Shown one piece after another: positions 53,551-62,646 of a stretch of DNA of 64,000 bases. Location of the stretch: NCBI GenBank assembly GCA_964605035.1, contig CAZSBA010000002.1:29-64028 (forward strand). Direction: 5' to 3'. A program made the position numbers and the translations under genes. Position 1 is the stretch's first letter. Every line of letters begins with the position of its first letter. The DNA comes from an uncultured Proteiniphilum sp. Lineage in GTDB: Bacteria > Bacteroidota > Bacteroidia > Bacteroidales > Dysgonomonadaceae. The notes below the pieces were generated by a model. The model was not told the origin of the DNA and made no database searches. It worked only from the letters and a program-made list of their open reading frames with translations.

Positions 53551-53558
53551 CAAATGTA
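53551..53558 (-). promoter_or_regulatory. Promoter -7 element TACATTTG of the pheA leader
   Basis: Exact TAnnTTTG match, 25 nt upstream of the leader GTG. Confidence 0.7.
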
Positions 53559-53694
53559 CTACATTTTTTATATATACAAACAATTTGCACGAAAAAATAT
53601 AAAAACACTAATTTATAAGCAAAGAATTAAGATATCTGCCAGTTTATAAATTACATCTAAATTTAATTGTTAAATTGTTATTATATCTGCAACA

Positions 53695-53860
53695 ATGATG
53701 CTTGACCTCATCCTGAGTTTGCTCTTATCAAACTCTTAACTTGGCCTTACCTTCTCCTTTTAATCTCCCTATAAAGGCTGTTTAAAGAGGGGTAAAATAA
53801 GGAGGAGGTGAAAACCAAATAGAACCCAAATAGATTTGATAACCATGAGAGACATGTGAT
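53695..53860 (+). ncRNA. Candidate rod-shaped small RNA of unknown family (strand uncertain)
   Basis: Long imperfect inverted repeat 53725-53842 in an ORF-free gap; promoter-like TATATCTG at 53682-53689. Confidence 0.35.
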
Positions 53861-53979
53861 TTTGATTATCTGATAGATATCTTCATCTGTATATAACTTA
53901 TGCTAATATCTCCATAAATTATGCAACTATTTTGAGTATATTTGTCATTAACATCTGACTGAAAATATAATCAAAAAGC

Positions 53980-56900
53980 ATGCAACCATTTGTACATCTA
54001 CACGTTCACTCTCAATATTCTCTGCTTGACGGACAGGCAAGTATTCAACGACTGATTGATAAAGCATCCGGTGATGGGATGAAGGCAATAGCGCTTACCG
54101 ATCATGGTGCAATGTATGGGATAAAGGAGTTTCTTAATTATGCATCTAAAAAAAATGCTCCTGTAAATGCAGAGATAAAAAAGATTAAAGGTGAGATTGC
54201 TGAACTGGAGAAGAAAGACGGCAGCGAGTTGCATAACGAGAAAATAAATAAATTGCAGCTGAAGCTTACTGAGACGAAAAAGAGACTTTTTAAACCTATT
54301 GTAGGTTGTGAATGTTACTTGGCACGCCGCGATAGGTTTCAAATGAACGATAAGGTTGATGGTAGTGGCTGGCATTTGGTTGTTTTGGCAAAGAATTTAA
54401 CTGGGTATAAGAATCTAATTAAGATTGTTTCTAAAAGCTGGACCGAGGGTTTTTATTATCGTCCGCGTATAGATAAGGATTTACTTGAGAAATATAGCGA
54501 AGGATTAATTGTTTCATCGGCATGTCTTGGAGGAGAGATTTCACGAAAAATAGATAGTGGACAGCTAAACGAAGCTGAAGAGGCAGTTCAGTGGTATAAA
54601 AGTGTCTTTGGTGATGACTACTACATCGAAATACAGAGACACAAGACTGATAGACCAGATGCCGACCAAACAACTTATCCTATTCAGGAGAGAGTTAACA
54701 AGGATCTTATTAAGATTGCAAATAAGTATGGTGTAAAGGTTATTGCAACTAATGATGTTCACTTTGTAAATGAAGAGGATGCTGATGCTCATGACAGACT
54801 TATTTGTTTAAGTACTGGTAAAGATTTTGACGACCCCGATAGGATGAGGTACTCAAAACAGGAATGGCTGAAAACAACAGCCGAGATGAATCACATTTTT
54901 GCAGATATACCAGAAGCTCTTTCAAACACTCTTGAGGTGGCAGAGAAGGTTGAGTTTTACACCATAGACAACCCTCCACTAATGCCTTTTTACCCTATAG
55001 ACCCTGAGTTTGGATCAGAGGAGCAGTATAGACAAAAGTATAGTGAACAGAACCTAATTGATGAGTTTGGTGAAGACACATTCCACAGACTTGGTGATTA
55101 TGATAAGGTCATTCGTGTGAAATTGGAGGCCGATTTTCTGGCACACATTACAATGATTGGCGCAAAGAAACGTTATGGAGAGAACCTTACAGATGAGATT
55201 ATCGAGCGGCTGAACTTTGAGCTTAACACTATCAAGAACATGGGGTTTCCGGGCTATTTTCTAATAGTACAGGACTTTATTAATGCTGCACGCGAAATGG
55301 ATGTTGCTGTTGGCCCGGGACGTGGTTCGGCAGCAGGATCAGCTGTTGCATATTGCCTAAAGATAACTGACATAGACCCACTCAAATATAATTTGCTTTT
55401 TGAGCGTTTTCTAAATCCCGACCGTATTTCAATGCCTGATATTGACATCGATTTTGATGATGAAGGCAGAGGCAAAGTGCTTCGTTGGGTAACGGAGAAA
55501 TATGGAAGTGAAAAGGTGGCACATATAATTACCTATGGCACTATGGCTACAAAAATGTCTATTAAAGACGTAGCCAGAGTACACAAGCTCCCACTTTCGG
55601 AGTCTAACCGACTAGCTAAACTTGTGCCCGATAGGATACCCAACAAGAAAATGAGCCTTGGCAATGCTATTGATTTTGTTCCTGAACTGAAGGATGCCAC
55701 CAACAGCAGCGACCCTCTTGTTAAAGATACACTTAAGTATGCTAAGATGCTAGAAGGCAATGTTAGGAGTACAGGTGTGCATGCATGCGGTGTAATCATT
55801 GGTCAGAGCGACATTTCTGATGTTGTACCTATTAGCACTGCTGAAGACAAAGAGACTAAGGAGAAGTTGCTTGTAACTCAGTTTGAAGGGTCGGTGATAG
55901 AGGAGACAGGATTGATTAAAATGGACTTTCTAGGTCTCAAAACCTTATCTATCATTAAGGATGCAATATTAAATATAGAAATAAACCGAGGGATAAAAGT
56001 TGATATCGATGCAATTGATATGGAAGATAAAACAACATATCAACTTTATTGCAACGGACAAACCACCGGTACGTTCCAGTTTGAGTCTGCCGGTATGCAG
56101 AAGTACCTAAAAGAGTTACAGCCTAGCAAGTTTGAAGACCTTATAGCTATGAATGCACTATATAGACCAGGTCCGATGGAATATATTCCTGAATTCATTA
56201 GGCGTAAGCATGGGGGCAAAGTTGAGTATGATCTGCCCATCATGGAGAAATATCTTAGTGAAACCTACGGAATTACAGTTTATCAGGAGCAGGTGATGCT
56301 TCTGTCGCGTCTGATTGCCGATTTCACCCGAGGCCAGTCGGATGAACTTCGTAAGGCTATGGGTAAAAAGCTGATTGACAAGATGGTGGCTCTCAAGGAA
56401 AAATTCCTGAATGGTGGTGTGAAAAATGGGTATGATACAAAAATACTGAATAAGATTTGGACCGACTGGGAGAAATTTGCTTCATACGCGTTTAACAAAT
56501 CGCATGCCACTTGCTACTCTTGGATAGCTTATCAGACAGCATGGCTAAAAGCCAATTACCCTTCTGAGTATATGGCTGCCGTACTATCTAATAATCTCAA
56601 TAATATAACAGAGATTACTAAATTTATGGATGAGTGTAAAGCCATGGGTATTAATGTACTTACTCCAGATGTAAATGAATCTCTACTAAAATTCTCTGTT
56701 AATAAAGAGGGACATATTCGTTTTGGTTTAGGTGCTATAAAAAGTGTTGGACATGGTGCCGCAACCGATATAATTAATGAGCGTCTGAATAATGGACAAT
56801 ATAAGGATATTTTTGATTTCATAGAAAGGGCAAATCTTTCTTCATGTAGCAGAAAGATAGTTGAAGCACTTTCATTGGCAGGTGCATTCGACTCACTACC

Positions 56901-57726
56901 CAATATAAAACGTGAACAGTTCTTTGCTAAAAATAGCAAGGAGGAAGAATTTATAGACACTTTGTTACGTTATGGAAGTAAATTTCAACAGGATAAGCAT
57001 GTGGCTATGAATTCACTTTTTGGCGAAGACACTTCATTCCTCATTTCTCAACCTGAAATACCGCAAGCCTCGCGCTGGTCGGATTTGGAGCGTTTGAACA
57101 AAGAGCGTGACCTGATTGGTATTTATCTTTCAGCACACCCTTTGGATGATTATGAGTTTATACTTAAATATATTTGTAGTGCCGACACATTAAAACTACA
57201 AGATCTGGAAAGCATGAATGGCCGGGATATTACTTTTGGGGGAATGGTAACTGCAGTGCGTGAAGGACAAACCAAAAGAGGTTCTCCATATACGATTTTC
57301 AAAATAGAGGATTTTATGGGTAGCTTTGAAATTGCACTTTTTAGTGAAGATAGTATTAACTTTGGCCGATACGCACGAGCTGGACTTTCAATTTATGTGG
57401 AGGCGAGGGTGCAACCTAAAAGATATCGTCAGGAAGAGATGGAAGTGAAAATTTCTACTATAAACCTACTATCTGATGTAAAAGATAAACTAGTTTCAAA
57501 AATTACTTTGCAAATACCTATTAGTGAACTTAATAACTCCACTGTCACTGAATTATCTGCATTAACAAAAAACAATAAAGGAAATTCGTTGTTATATTTC
57601 CACATTATTGGTGAAGAGCCTCATATGAATCTAAAGCTGTTTTCTAGACCAGCAAAAATTCAGGTAAATAAAAAATTTATCGATTATCTAAAAGATAATT
57701 TACAAATAGACTTCAAAATCAATTAA
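53980..57726 (+). CDS. dnaE: DNA polymerase III alpha subunit
   Basis: PHP motif HLHVHSQYSLLDG, GPGRGSAAGS, PDIDIDFD, KMDFLGL and YAFNKSHA; no intein seen. Confidence 0.98.
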   Translation: MQPFVHLHVHSQYSLLDGQASIQRLIDKASGDGMKAIALTDHGAMYGIKEFLNYASKKNAPVNAEIKKIKGEIAELEKKDGSELHNEKINKLQLKLTETKKRLFKPIVGCECYLARRDRFQMNDKVDGSGWHLVVLAKNLTGYKNLIKIVSKSWTEGFYYRPRIDKDLLEKYSEGLIVSSACLGGEISRKIDSGQLNEAEEAVQWYKSVFGDDYYIEIQRHKTDRPDADQTTYPIQERVNKDLIKIANKYGVKVIATNDVHFVNEEDADAHDRLICLSTGKDFDDPDRMRYSKQEWLKTTAEMNHIFADIPEALSNTLEVAEKVEFYTIDNPPLMPFYPIDPEFGSEEQYRQKYSEQNLIDEFGEDTFHRLGDYDKVIRVKLEADFLAHITMIGAKKRYGENLTDEIIERLNFELNTIKNMGFPGYFLIVQDFINAAREMDVAVGPGRGSAAGSAVAYCLKITDIDPLKYNLLFERFLNPDRISMPDIDIDFDDEGRGKVLRWVTEKYGSEKVAHIITYGTMATKMSIKDVARVHKLPLSESNRLAKLVPDRIPNKKMSLGNAIDFVPELKDATNSSDPLVKDTLKYAKMLEGNVRSTGVHACGVIIGQSDISDVVPISTAEDKETKEKLLVTQFEGSVIEETGLIKMDFLGLKTLSIIKDAILNIEINRGIKVDIDAIDMEDKTTYQLYCNGQTTGTFQFESAGMQKYLKELQPSKFEDLIAMNALYRPGPMEYIPEFIRRKHGGKVEYDLPIMEKYLSETYGITVYQEQVMLLSRLIADFTRGQSDELRKAMGKKLIDKMVALKEKFLNGGVKNGYDTKILNKIWTDWEKFASYAFNKSHATCYSWIAYQTAWLKANYPSEYMAAVLSNNLNNITEITKFMDECKAMGINVLTPDVNESLLKFSVNKEGHIRFGLGAIKSVGHGAATDIINERLNNGQYKDIFDFIERANLSSCSRKIVEALSLAGAFDSLPNIKREQFFAKNSKEEEFIDTLLRYGSKFQQDKHVAMNSLFGEDTSFLISQPEIPQASRWSDLERLNKERDLIGIYLSAHPLDDYEFILKYICSADTLKLQDLESMNGRDITFGGMVTAVREGQTKRGSPYTIFKIEDFMGSFEIALFSEDSINFGRYARAGLSIYVEARVQPKRYRQEEMEVKISTINLLSDVKDKLVSKITLQIPISELNNSTVTELSALTKNNKGNSLLYFHIIGEEPHMNLKLFSRPAKIQVNKKFIDYLKDNLQIDFKIN

Positions 57727-57746
57727 TTAATTTAATAAATAACAAT

Positions 57747-58061
57747 ATGGCATTACAAATTACAGACGCAACACATGAAGAGGTGTTGCAAACAGACAAA
57801 CTAGTTATCATAGATTTCTGGGCAGAATGGTGTGGACCATGCAAAATGGTTGGACCAATTATTGATGAAATAAGTGATGATTACAAAGATAAAGTAGTAG
57901 TTGGCAAGCTAGATGTTGACAATAACGACGAGACAACTTCGAAATATGGAATCAGAAATATACCTACTGTATTATTCATTAAAAATGGTGAAGTGGTTGA
58001 CAAAGTAGTAGGTGCAGGCCCAAAGAAAATGTTTACAGACAAAATAGATAAACTGATTTAA
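57747..58061 (+). CDS. trxA: Thioredoxin
   Basis: WCGPC active site; IRNIPT. Confidence 0.97.
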   Translation: MALQITDATHEEVLQTDKLVIIDFWAEWCGPCKMVGPIIDEISDDYKDKVVVGKLDVDNNDETTSKYGIRNIPTVLFIKNGEVVDKVVGAGPKKMFTDKIDKLI

Positions 58062-58086
58062 TTTTTTATTCAGTTATATAAAAATT

Positions 58087-58124
58087 ATAGGAGACTAGGT
58101 TTCGTTTGAAACCTAGTCTCCTAT
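58087..58124. terminator. Bidirectional intrinsic terminator (17-bp perfect stem)
   Basis: ATAGGAGACTAGGTTTC-GTTT-GAAACCTAGTCTCCTAT between convergent trxA and DUF2795 genes. Confidence 0.8.
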
Positions 58125-58184
58125 TTATTTTATACAATAATGAGTATTAATACCGAATGGTTATATCTAAACAAATGCTTTAGT

Positions 58185-58406
58185 TTAATACTCATCCTCA
58201 TTAAAGAAGAAATCCTCTTTACTTGGGTAGTCTGGCCATATATCTTCTATTGATTCAAATACTTCGCCCTCTTCTTCAATCTCTTGAAGATTTTCGATTA
58301 CTTCTAACGGTGCTCCCGATCTTTGAGCAAAATCAATCAGCTCATCTTTTGTTGCAGGCCATGGAGCATCTTCCAACTTAGATGCTAATTCAAGTGTCCA
58401 ATACAT
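58185..58406 (-). CDS. DUF2795 domain protein
   Basis: MYWTLELASKLEDAPWPATKDELIDFAQRSGAPLEV, a highly conserved Bacteroidetes small protein. Confidence 0.88.
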   Translation of the reverse strand: MYWTLELASKLEDAPWPATKDELIDFAQRSGAPLEVIENLQEIEEEGEVFESIEDIWPDYPSKEDFFFNEDEY

Positions 58407-58459
58407 TGTATTTTCTTTAAATTATTATTTCTAATTTTCCGCAAATGTATAAAAACTTT

Positions 58460-59020
58460 TTATATATCACCTTGTTCCCAGAATATTTCTTGTGAAGATT
58501 TGTTACTTTCATGCCTTGCTAGTACAAAAAAGTAGTCTGAAAGCCGGTTTAAGAAAATCAGCACTTCTTCTGAAACAGGATAGTTTTCTGCTACAATATA
58601 AACATTTCTCTCTGCACGACGAGATACGGTACGACAAATATGAGCTCTTGATGCCGCTTCACTACCTCCAGGGAGTACGAATCGGTTTAAACGAGGCAAC
58701 GTGCTATCTATCAAATCTATCTGCTTCTCAATTCGCTCGATGTCTTTAACAGTTATGATACTTGCTTCTTTAGGAGGCTTAATTTCGGTTTCTGTTGCCA
58801 AGTAAGATCCCACAGTAAATAGTTTGTGCTGAAGATATAGAAGAAAATCTTCATGACCCTTCTCATCTATTTCACAGTTCAACCATCCAACACAGCTATT
58901 AAGCTCATCAATAGTGCCATAGGCTTCCAAACGGATATGTGTTTTAGGAACTCGCATACCACCGACTAATGCTGTAGTACCCTTATCTCCTGTTTTTGTA
59001 TATATAATACTTTTTTTCAT
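58460..59020 (-). CDS. ATP:cob(I)alamin adenosyltransferase, PduO type
   Basis: Motifs IYTKTGDKGTT, AYGTIDELNS, FVLPGGS and LNRLSDYFF. Confidence 0.93.
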   Translation of the reverse strand: MKKSIIYTKTGDKGTTALVGGMRVPKTHIRLEAYGTIDELNSCVGWLNCEIDEKGHEDFLLYLQHKLFTVGSYLATETEIKPPKEASIITVKDIERIEKQIDLIDSTLPRLNRFVLPGGSEAASRAHICRTVSRRAERNVYIVAENYPVSEEVLIFLNRLSDYFFVLARHESNKSSQEIFWEQGDI

Positions 59021-59032
59021 ATATTTAATTCT

Positions 59033-59617
59033 TTAAACAAAATAATGGTGTTTGTAATATGACTTCCTCAAAAAAGCAATCAGAGTATCGTTCATATCAA
59101 AAGACACCGTTACACTATCATGATTAACGATAAGCCGACAAAAATGTTTGCTCTCTTTCGTTTTGATTGGATTTATTACCCAAAAGGTATTTTCATGACT
59201 AATATCTAAAAGCAAATCTATTGAAGGTATACTTTCTGCTTCTCCATCTATGTTAATAAAAATAGCATCAAACTTATGATTTGCGATATTCTCATATAAG
59301 CCAATGTTAGAAATAGAATGGTAATTAATCTTAGAGGAAGGAGATTTTATATACAACGTATTATATCCGTCTCCTGGATTTATCTCTAAGATGTTTGTTG
59401 CTTTACAATAATTGACAAGTCGAAAAGATAGGTGATTAAACTTCTTGATTCTTTTAGATTGCACTGCATAGTATGGAAGATTATCGGGAATATCAGTAAA
59501 AGCATAATAGCTGTAAGGCGAATTCAAAACGTTTGTAATAATTTCGAAAGCAAACGGTGAGTGAATACCGTGACCTTTCGACTGCTTAGCTCTAAGCAAA
59601 AACTTGAAAAGTCTCAT
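59033..59617 (-). CDS. Conserved Bacteroidetes protein with a degenerate class I methyltransferase-like fold
   Basis: N-terminal HGIHSPFAF motif; the SAM motif I region reads ILEINPGDG. Confidence 0.55.
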   Translation of the reverse strand: MRLFKFLLRAKQSKGHGIHSPFAFEIITNVLNSPYSYYAFTDIPDNLPYYAVQSKRIKKFNHLSFRLVNYCKATNILEINPGDGYNTLYIKSPSSKINYHSISNIGLYENIANHKFDAIFINIDGEAESIPSIDLLLDISHENTFWVINPIKTKESKHFCRLIVNHDSVTVSFDMNDTLIAFLRKSYYKHHYFV

Positions 59618-60096
59618 TATTTTTTTTGAATCAATGCCACTGCATAGGCAGTAATGCCCTCTTCACGACCTACGAATCCCATTTTTTCTGATGTTGTAGC
59701 TTTTATTGAGATATCATCTATATCTATACTCATTACCTCGGCAAGGCGTTGTTGCATAGATGGAATAAAAGGATTTAATTTAGGCTTCTCTGCACAAATA
59801 GTACTATCAATGTTTCCAATTGAGTATCCTTTATCATTAAGCAGATCTACAGTGTTTCGAAGCAGGATAGTGCTATCTATGTTTTTATAATCTGCAGATG
59901 TATCAGGAAAATTATAGCCAATATCGCGAAGGTTTGCCGCACCAAGCAATGCATCGCAAATAGCGTGTATCAGTACATCAGCATCGGAGTGACCTTGTAA
60001 ACCTTTTATGTGGTCTATTTTAACACCACCTATAACAAGATCTCTGCCCTCTGTTAGCTGGTGCATATCATAACCAAAACCAACTTTTATTCGCAT
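59617..60096 (-). CDS. ispF: 2-C-methyl-D-erythritol 2,4-cyclodiphosphate synthase
   Basis: Motifs GFGYDMH, GHSDADVLIHA and KATTSEKMGFVGREEG. Confidence 0.97.
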   Translation of the reverse strand: MRIKVGFGYDMHQLTEGRDLVIGGVKIDHIKGLQGHSDADVLIHAICDALLGAANLRDIGYNFPDTSADYKNIDSTILLRNTVDLLNDKGYSIGNIDSTICAEKPKLNPFIPSMQQRLAEVMSIDIDDISIKATTSEKMGFVGREEGITAYAVALIQKK

Positions 60097-60098
60097 AA

Positions 60099-61262
60099 CT
60101 AATTCATTAAATATCTAAGTCCCTCTAAATCAAAACCTAGAGAGAGTCTAAGTGTTTGATCTAAAGGATTTGACTGAGCAGTAGATACAAGATAAGCTGC
60201 ATCAATCTGAAAAGCTTTAGTTCTAAATCCTGCTCCAAATGTTACATATCTACGATTTCCCTTATATTCATTCTCGTTAGAATAACCAGTACGTAGCGAA
60301 AACTGATTGTTATAAACATATTCTAATCCAAACGACCATACCACTTCCTGCATTTCCTCTTTGAAGCCTCCAGGGGCATCACCAAAAGATTTGAATATGC
60401 CACCGATTGAAGAAATATTATTGTATTCATCAATCCTTTTATACATTTCCTCATCAGTCTCATCAATTGCTACCAACTGGGGTGTTGGAACCAGTAATTT
60501 ATTCATATCTAAACTCACAGTGATTGTATTCTTCATATCAATAGGGTAACCCAAAGAAGTCCCTACCCTTAGATTGGTTGGTAAAAACATTGATGTTTCA
60601 CCTCCATCATATGATATTTTTGTACCTATATTTGATATATTAAATCCAAGTCCTAGTAAAGCCTCTGATCGACCCATATAAAAGTACGACTCATTATAAC
60701 CTGCTATATCAGCAGAGAAAGCGTTACCCGGTGTAGATTCGTCATCACCCATTGAATAATCAGCTCTAATATATCTTAGAGTTACAGCACCCGAAAATGT
60801 TTCTGTCAGTCTTCGAGAATAAGCCACATCCAGAGCAAATTCATGTGGTGAAACACTCTGCCAAAATTCACCTGTAGGGCCTGCAATGTCAACCTCTCCC
60901 AAAGAAAAATATCTTAAAGATGCGCTTATTGCATTTAGTTTATCATTTCCGAATTTCCAGTATCCAGATGCATAAAGCATATGTATATCGCTAATCAGAT
61001 CACTCAACCATGGTGTATATGAAAACGCGAGTCCCGCATCAGTAGTGACAAAAGGGTATTTAGCTGCATTCCAGTGCTGAGAGTAAACATCGGGCATTGT
61101 TGCAGCTCCAACATCCCCCATACCACCACCTCTTGCATCTGGCGCAATTTGCAGTGAAGGCATTGCCGTAAGTATAGGGTTATAGTCTGGTTCCTGAGAT
61201 TTTAGCTTACCCGGGAACAACAAAAACAAACATACCAATATTTTTACTACATTCTTGTACAT
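60099..61262 (-). CDS. porV: Type IX secretion system outer-membrane shuttle PorV
   Basis: Motifs IAPDARGGGMGDVG, WNAAKY, SYTPWL, SLRYFSLG and NPLDQTLRLSL; adjacent to ispF. Confidence 0.9.
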   Translation of the reverse strand: MYKNVVKILVCLFLLFPGKLKSQEPDYNPILTAMPSLQIAPDARGGGMGDVGAATMPDVYSQHWNAAKYPFVTTDAGLAFSYTPWLSDLISDIHMLYASGYWKFGNDKLNAISASLRYFSLGEVDIAGPTGEFWQSVSPHEFALDVAYSRRLTETFSGAVTLRYIRADYSMGDDESTPGNAFSADIAGYNESYFYMGRSEALLGLGFNISNIGTKISYDGGETSMFLPTNLRVGTSLGYPIDMKNTITVSLDMNKLLVPTPQLVAIDETDEEMYKRIDEYNNISSIGGIFKSFGDAPGGFKEEMQEVVWSFGLEYVYNNQFSLRTGYSNENEYKGNRRYVTFGAGFRTKAFQIDAAYLVSTAQSNPLDQTLRLSLGFDLEGLRYLMN

Positions 61263-61295
61263 GATGTTTTGATAATAAAGTGTACTTTCAGTCGG

Positions 61296-61910
61296 CTATT
61301 TAACTTTGAAATCCAACAGTTTTCTATCCTCGATATACCCTTGCAGATGATCGTTAATAGCTACGGGACCTATACCAGAAGGAGTGCCTGTAAATATCAG
61401 ATCTCCAATCTTAAGAGTAAAGAAACTGCTAATATATGAAATAATCTTATCAATAGAGTATATCATACCTTCGGTATTACCCTGTTGAACTGTATTACCA
61501 TTAATATCAAGATGGAAATTTACATTCTGGATCTCCTCAATCTCATTTTTTGAAATAAACTCTCCTATAGCAGCCGAATTATCAAAGCTTTTAGATATCT
61601 CCCATGGTAATCCACGTTCTTTCAACTTTTTTTGGAGATCACGTGCTGTAAAGTCAATACCAACAGTAATCTCGTCATAATATCTGTGTGCAAAACGTTC
61701 TGCAATATTCTTACCAAGACGGTTTACCTTAACAACAATCTCAGTTTCGTAATGCATCTCTTTAGAAAAATCGGGCAACATAAATGGTTTACCGTCTTTC
61801 AGAAGAGCAGTGTCAGGCTTCATGAAAAGTACGGGTTCTTCATTCTCAAACGTTCTTTTCATCTCTTTATTGTGAGAATCATAATTAAGCCCTATTGCAA
61901 ATATTTTCAT
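61296..61910 (-). CDS. Fumarylacetoacetate hydrolase family protein
   Basis: Motifs FAIGLNY, FMKPDTAL, HYETE, DFTARDLQ and TGTPSG. Confidence 0.92.
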   Translation of the reverse strand: MKIFAIGLNYDSHNKEMKRTFENEEPVLFMKPDTALLKDGKPFMLPDFSKEMHYETEIVVKVNRLGKNIAERFAHRYYDEITVGIDFTARDLQKKLKERGLPWEISKSFDNSAAIGEFISKNEIEEIQNVNFHLDINGNTVQQGNTEGMIYSIDKIISYISSFFTLKIGDLIFTGTPSGIGPVAINDHLQGYIEDRKLLDFKVK

Positions 61911-62542
61911 TTATCTAATCTGTTAAACATTACTGCAAGATGAGCGTAAAGAGAAGTATTCTGAAGGACAACACCTTCGGGGACGCGAATACGAAAAGGA
62001 GTAAAATTCCATACACCCTTCACACCGCAAACAATCATGTAATCCGACACCTCCTGTGCAACACCCGAAGGTACTGTTAGAATTCCAACGTCGGCTTTCA
62101 TCTCTTTGTTTAATTCTAAAAAATCATTTGAATGATAAACCGGAATTTCATGGATTTTAGTGTCTACTACAGACCTGTTTACGTCGAATCCCGCAATAAT
62201 TTTTAAGCCATACTGCTCAAGTCCTGAGTCAGACAATAGTGCAGCTCCTAGGCTACCAACTCCAAAAACAACTGCTGTATGCAGTTCTTTAAAACCTAAA
62301 AAAATCTCAAGCACATTTATTAGCTCATCAATATCATACCCAACACGGGTTTTACCGCTAATATTTACGAATGACAAGTCTTTTGCTATCTGAGAAGCAG
62401 AAACATCTATTTTGTTAGCTATCTGTGTAGATGAGACAAACTTTTCTCCTTTTGTCTTAAGAAGTTTAACGTAAGACAGGTACCAAGGCAACCTCCTAAG
62501 CGCAGGTTCAGGTATTTTGTTAGAATTTGTCTGTTCCGACAT
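61907..62542 (-). CDS. rex: Redox-sensing transcriptional repressor Rex
   Basis: Motifs RRLPWYL, VSSTQIA, IAKDLS, GVGSLG (Rossmann) and WNFTP. Confidence 0.95.
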   Translation of the reverse strand: MSEQTNSNKIPEPALRRLPWYLSYVKLLKTKGEKFVSSTQIANKIDVSASQIAKDLSFVNISGKTRVGYDIDELINVLEIFLGFKELHTAVVFGVGSLGAALLSDSGLEQYGLKIIAGFDVNRSVVDTKIHEIPVYHSNDFLELNKEMKADVGILTVPSGVAQEVSDYMIVCGVKGVWNFTPFRIRVPEGVVLQNTSLYAHLAVMFNRLDK

Positions 62543-62646
62543 ATCTTTTGCTATTTTAATTATCCAAAGCTACTAGACAAAGATACGTCCTTTTCGGAGT
62601 TATTTGAATATTTTAATCTATATTTAAAGATAAATTTCTTTAATGG

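Noticed and set aside
53695-53860. Calling the rod-like RNA 6S RNA
   Set aside because: The central bubble is small and asymmetric, and the usual 6S neighbours (zapA/rny or ygfA) are not here. It is kept only as one hypothesis.
53980-57726. Possible intein or insertion in DnaE
   Set aside because: The length and motif spacing are normal for Bacteroidetes DnaE, and no intein splice motifs or homing endonuclease were seen.
58087-58124. Perfect 17-bp inverted repeat as a MITE/REP element
   Set aside because: Single copy in the window, located between convergent genes with T/A-rich flanks; a bidirectional terminator explains it.
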